DNA from: the human T2T-CHM13v2.0 reference genome, Homo sapiens
Assembly (NCBI RefSeq): GCF_009914755.1
Contig: NC_060930.1
Reading direction: 5' to 3' (one strand)
Length of the DNA stretch: 64,000 bases
The translations under genes were made by a program, and so were the position numbers. Positions 60,607 through 64,000 of the stretch are shown here, in pieces. The notes under the pieces are model-generated. The model saw only the letters and a program-made list of their open reading frames with translations. It was not told the origin of the DNA and ran no database searches. Within the stretch, counting starts at the first letter, position 1. Every line of letters begins with the position of its first letter.

Positions 60607-63130
60607 TGTTAGTTACTAAGTATTAATGTTTCATCCAAATGTGCAAACTCTTTTAAACTGGTTAATTGTTCTGAAAGAACCTAAGGGAATGAATGTCTAG
60701 TTCTAGACTTTTCTTCTGAATCATATTTTTCCTTCTTTTCCCTCAACATTCCTTTACATATAAGATACAAAATCTTTTAAATTTAACTATTCATGTGAAA
60801 ACCAAAGTTGCCATTTCAATGGCTCATAAGTAAAAACCAAAATAATTAACTTTGGGAACTAATTTATAAGGAAAAAGTGTGTAATTTTGCTTGATATTCT
60901 AGTGAGCATCATCAGTCTGTGGCAAATCAATGTTTATGTTTTATAGAGACCAAGATTTTTAAATATAACCCAGAAAAGCAACATGTAAAAATATTACTGC
61001 TACTTATAAGTGGCTAAATTCTTAAAATAAGACAGTTCTTAATGAAACTACTGCCTAAGTAAACGCCAACCCAAAATGAGTATGTACTTGTTAAGGGTTA
61101 GCAGACTCAAGAGAATGCCATAGAAAAACGGCCTAAATTTAATATTTGTAAATTGTTAAAAGTGTTAAACAATTACTATCTATTTGTTCACCCCTCATTC
61201 CCTCTTAACCTTCTGACCTATCTATCATACCTGGTCTACTTCTCTGGCATTTTTACTCTCTCTCACTTTTCACCCCACCTTTGAAATGTTGGTCTTTATC
61301 TCGTCTCTTCTGTGATCTTAACACAGCTTTAATGGTGACCTATAAAATTAGAGCACTTAGATTTTTTTGTTTCTCTAAATCTGAATTACCAACTATCCAC
61401 TGGACAGCTCCATTTCTCCCAGGCACTTCAAATTCAACCTGTTCAGAACAGAACTTAATCTTTTGAAAGGAGCTTCTTTCCTACAGATTTAGATTCCTTC
61501 CTCTCACTACCAACTCCCTGAATTCAAGTCCCCATAAATGTTACTTTCTCAAATCTAGCCCCTTAGTTCAGACACTATATTCTCTCAAATTGCTTAACTT
61601 TTAACACCCATGATTTTTGTAAACTCTGCTTAAAACTCTATTTTCTTAAAAGTATTAAGACCTTTCACACTGACTCCTTGTACTCAATTTTCCCACACTT
61701 ATACCAACCATCTAGCCATCTGAGTACTAGAGTTATCTATACCATGCTGTTTCACTCCTTCTGCTATGTGCAGTACACTTGCCTACCTCTTAACCTCAAG
61801 ATTAAGGTCAAGTTCCTCTACAAAAGTCTCTCCTAATCACTGTCTCCTTTGCAGAAATCCACCTATTTCTTCTTTGGGAAAAGTGAAAAGCCACCATATA
61901 TATTTAGAATGTTTGTTTCTCTACTACTAGCAGTCTCTAAGTCAAAAATTAGAATCACATCCTACTTGTCTTTCCATCCTTAGTACCTAGCATAAACATG
62001 TCTGTTAATACATAAATTCTTGAACCAAGTAGATGGATCTTTCAAATTTTTCTATACATCAAATGCCTTTTACTTTCCAGAATGTCAATTCAAGACACTC
62101 AAGAAGCATAAACTGAGAAAACATTATGCATAACGCACTCTGTAACTTTTTTTTTTTGGTTCTTGGTCATTAACATGCCAAAAAAGAGGCAAATGGAAAT
62201 ATATTTTTGAAACATATATAGTTTTTCCAGACAAAATAGAGATCCACTTCAAACTATAGCTATAACCTCTAAGTAGGTATGTCATGGACATTCAGGTTTA
62301 TTCAAATATACTCATAAAAAGCCAACTGAAAAAGTCAACAATTCCTCAAGTCCAATACAATCTTCCTCCATGGAAGGAACTAGTTTTCAGAACTAGTCTC
62401 TGAAGCATAAATTCTCTGAAAAGCCATGACAAAAAAATGAATACTTCTGGTAATAGTTTCGGTATATTCTTGTCCACCTCTATAATGCAGGAGAGACCCT
62501 TTTCCCCATGCCAAACAGCAGAAAATGCCCATCCTTATCTAGAGAATCCTTCAGGACCTACCACCTCTAGCTTCATCCTTGAAAAACTATTTCAGAGGGA
62601 AAAGCACCTCTACCACAGGAAGCACCAAATTAGTGTATCTAGCAGCAACTTTTCTGTAATGTAATTTTTCATCATCTTTTTTCTCCAATGAAAGTTGACA
62701 GCCTCCCTAAAATTCTTAATTACACGTACTTTGAAAAAATTATTCTCCTTTTCATTTAAACAAATAGCTATGATAATGGAAGGTACATCTTAATGTGAAG
62801 TTTCTACAACTGTCACTGTCTTATAGACAGATATAAAACAAACATTAAGCTCAACTATAATATAATGTTTTTCTCTGAATGTGGGTAACAAATCAGGTAT
62901 ATTTTTTGCTTACCCTGATCAGCCTATGTTTAATATCAAGAAAGTATGAACAGGACTAAAGGGACCCACATTTTTCAAAATTTCAAATCGTCTGGGTAAT
63001 TATTTTAAAAAAGGTTTCCCACATAACGGTGAATCTTCTTATAGTAGTGGTTATCTGTACTCAAATTTATTCACCTAGTATGCTTCGAAAATTAATGCAA
63101 ACCAAATAAACACAGATGTCTAACACCCAC

Positions 63131-63277
63131 CAAGAAGTACTTCTTGCTCTTTGGGGTATATTCTGGATCCCATTCCTCTTCCTTCGGTCTCTTTTGAAAA
63201 GTAGTATTTGAGTTGTTTGGACCAGTATTTGTCCCAGCAAAAACTCCTCTGGCTCTTCCTCTGCCTCTAATTCGAAA
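63131..63277 (-). CDS. BCLAF1: BCLAF1 147-nt exon ([11 protein letters not shown]...[15 protein letters not shown])
   Basis: aatcag acceptor and gtgggt donor; 49 codons, phase 0/0. Confidence 0.96.
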
Positions 63278-64000
63278 CTGATTAACATTAACAAAGTTGT
63301 TTAGTGATGCAATCAAAAGGTATTTAGTTACATGCAAATTCTAATTTTACTGCAGTAACAAAAAACATATGCCCTAATTTCCTATCTAAATCTCATGGCC
63401 ATTGAGGATGAAAAGGATGGCCATTTTATATCATAGGCAAAAAATTTCTGCCAACTAAAAGTTGAGTAGGTTAAGAAATGATCAACCTAAGTGTTAGAAT
63501 ACTGTACTTTCATGGACTGAACTAATATTTTTAAATAATCAAGTTGTTTTTCCTTTTTACTAGTCAAAAGTTGTCTAATTTCTTTGAATTATCATAGAAG
63601 CCCCAAGTATTCAGCCATACCTATCACCATACAAGCAAAGCTCTTCTCTTTCCCAAATTATCTAATAAATGAACTCCACCAAAACCCAACTAGATACTCG
63701 CTCAAGGTAGGAGTGTGAATCTTGAAATTAAACAGGCAAGAAGATGCACTACCATGGAAGTCATTATATTAATAATTATAACGACTTACAGAAACATGGG
63801 GATAATGTATATGCTATGTGAAATATTTATATGATTTCTATGATTGATACCCATATAAGCAAGGATTTGAAGAAAGCAGGCAAAATGAATGTAACTGTAA
63901 TACAGAGATGAACATACAGGGGTTTTATTAAGGCGTTAAGGTACCTTTTCAAAAACTAAGTGATTAAAGAAATGTTATTACAAATCAGTAACTTTCCTTG

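Overview
Human (primate) genomic DNA. The gene content matches the MTFR2 (FAM54A)-BCLAF1 locus, which I recall as 6q23. Bases 1 to about 27100 are repeat-rich intergenic sequence: Alu, L1, THE1/MST/MLT LTRs, MIR and Tigger. The whole MTFR2 gene lies on the minus strand. It has a CpG-rich promoter at about 46000-46800, seven coding exons that splice into 1158 nt (385 aa plus stop), and a poly(A) signal at 27156. The 3' end of BCLAF1 also lies on the minus strand: the last three coding exons and a roughly 4.2 kb 3' UTR. The least obvious item, missed by the ORF track, is a degraded FAM98B retrocopy at about 2356-2999 whose layout fits L1 twin-priming (5' inversion, poly-T tract, candidate TSD). 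Other notable items: a 98%-identical 222-bp local copy of an LTR segment bracketing the MTFR2 start-codon exon, a perfect 6x27-bp minisatellite inside a MIR-like element, a roughly 300-bp palindromic element in MTFR2 intron 5, and a terminal BCLAF1 intron whose retention changes one residue. I found no CRISPR array, RNA gene or convincing novel protein-coding system. Repeat subfamily calls are from memory of consensus sequences, and repeat boundaries are approximate.
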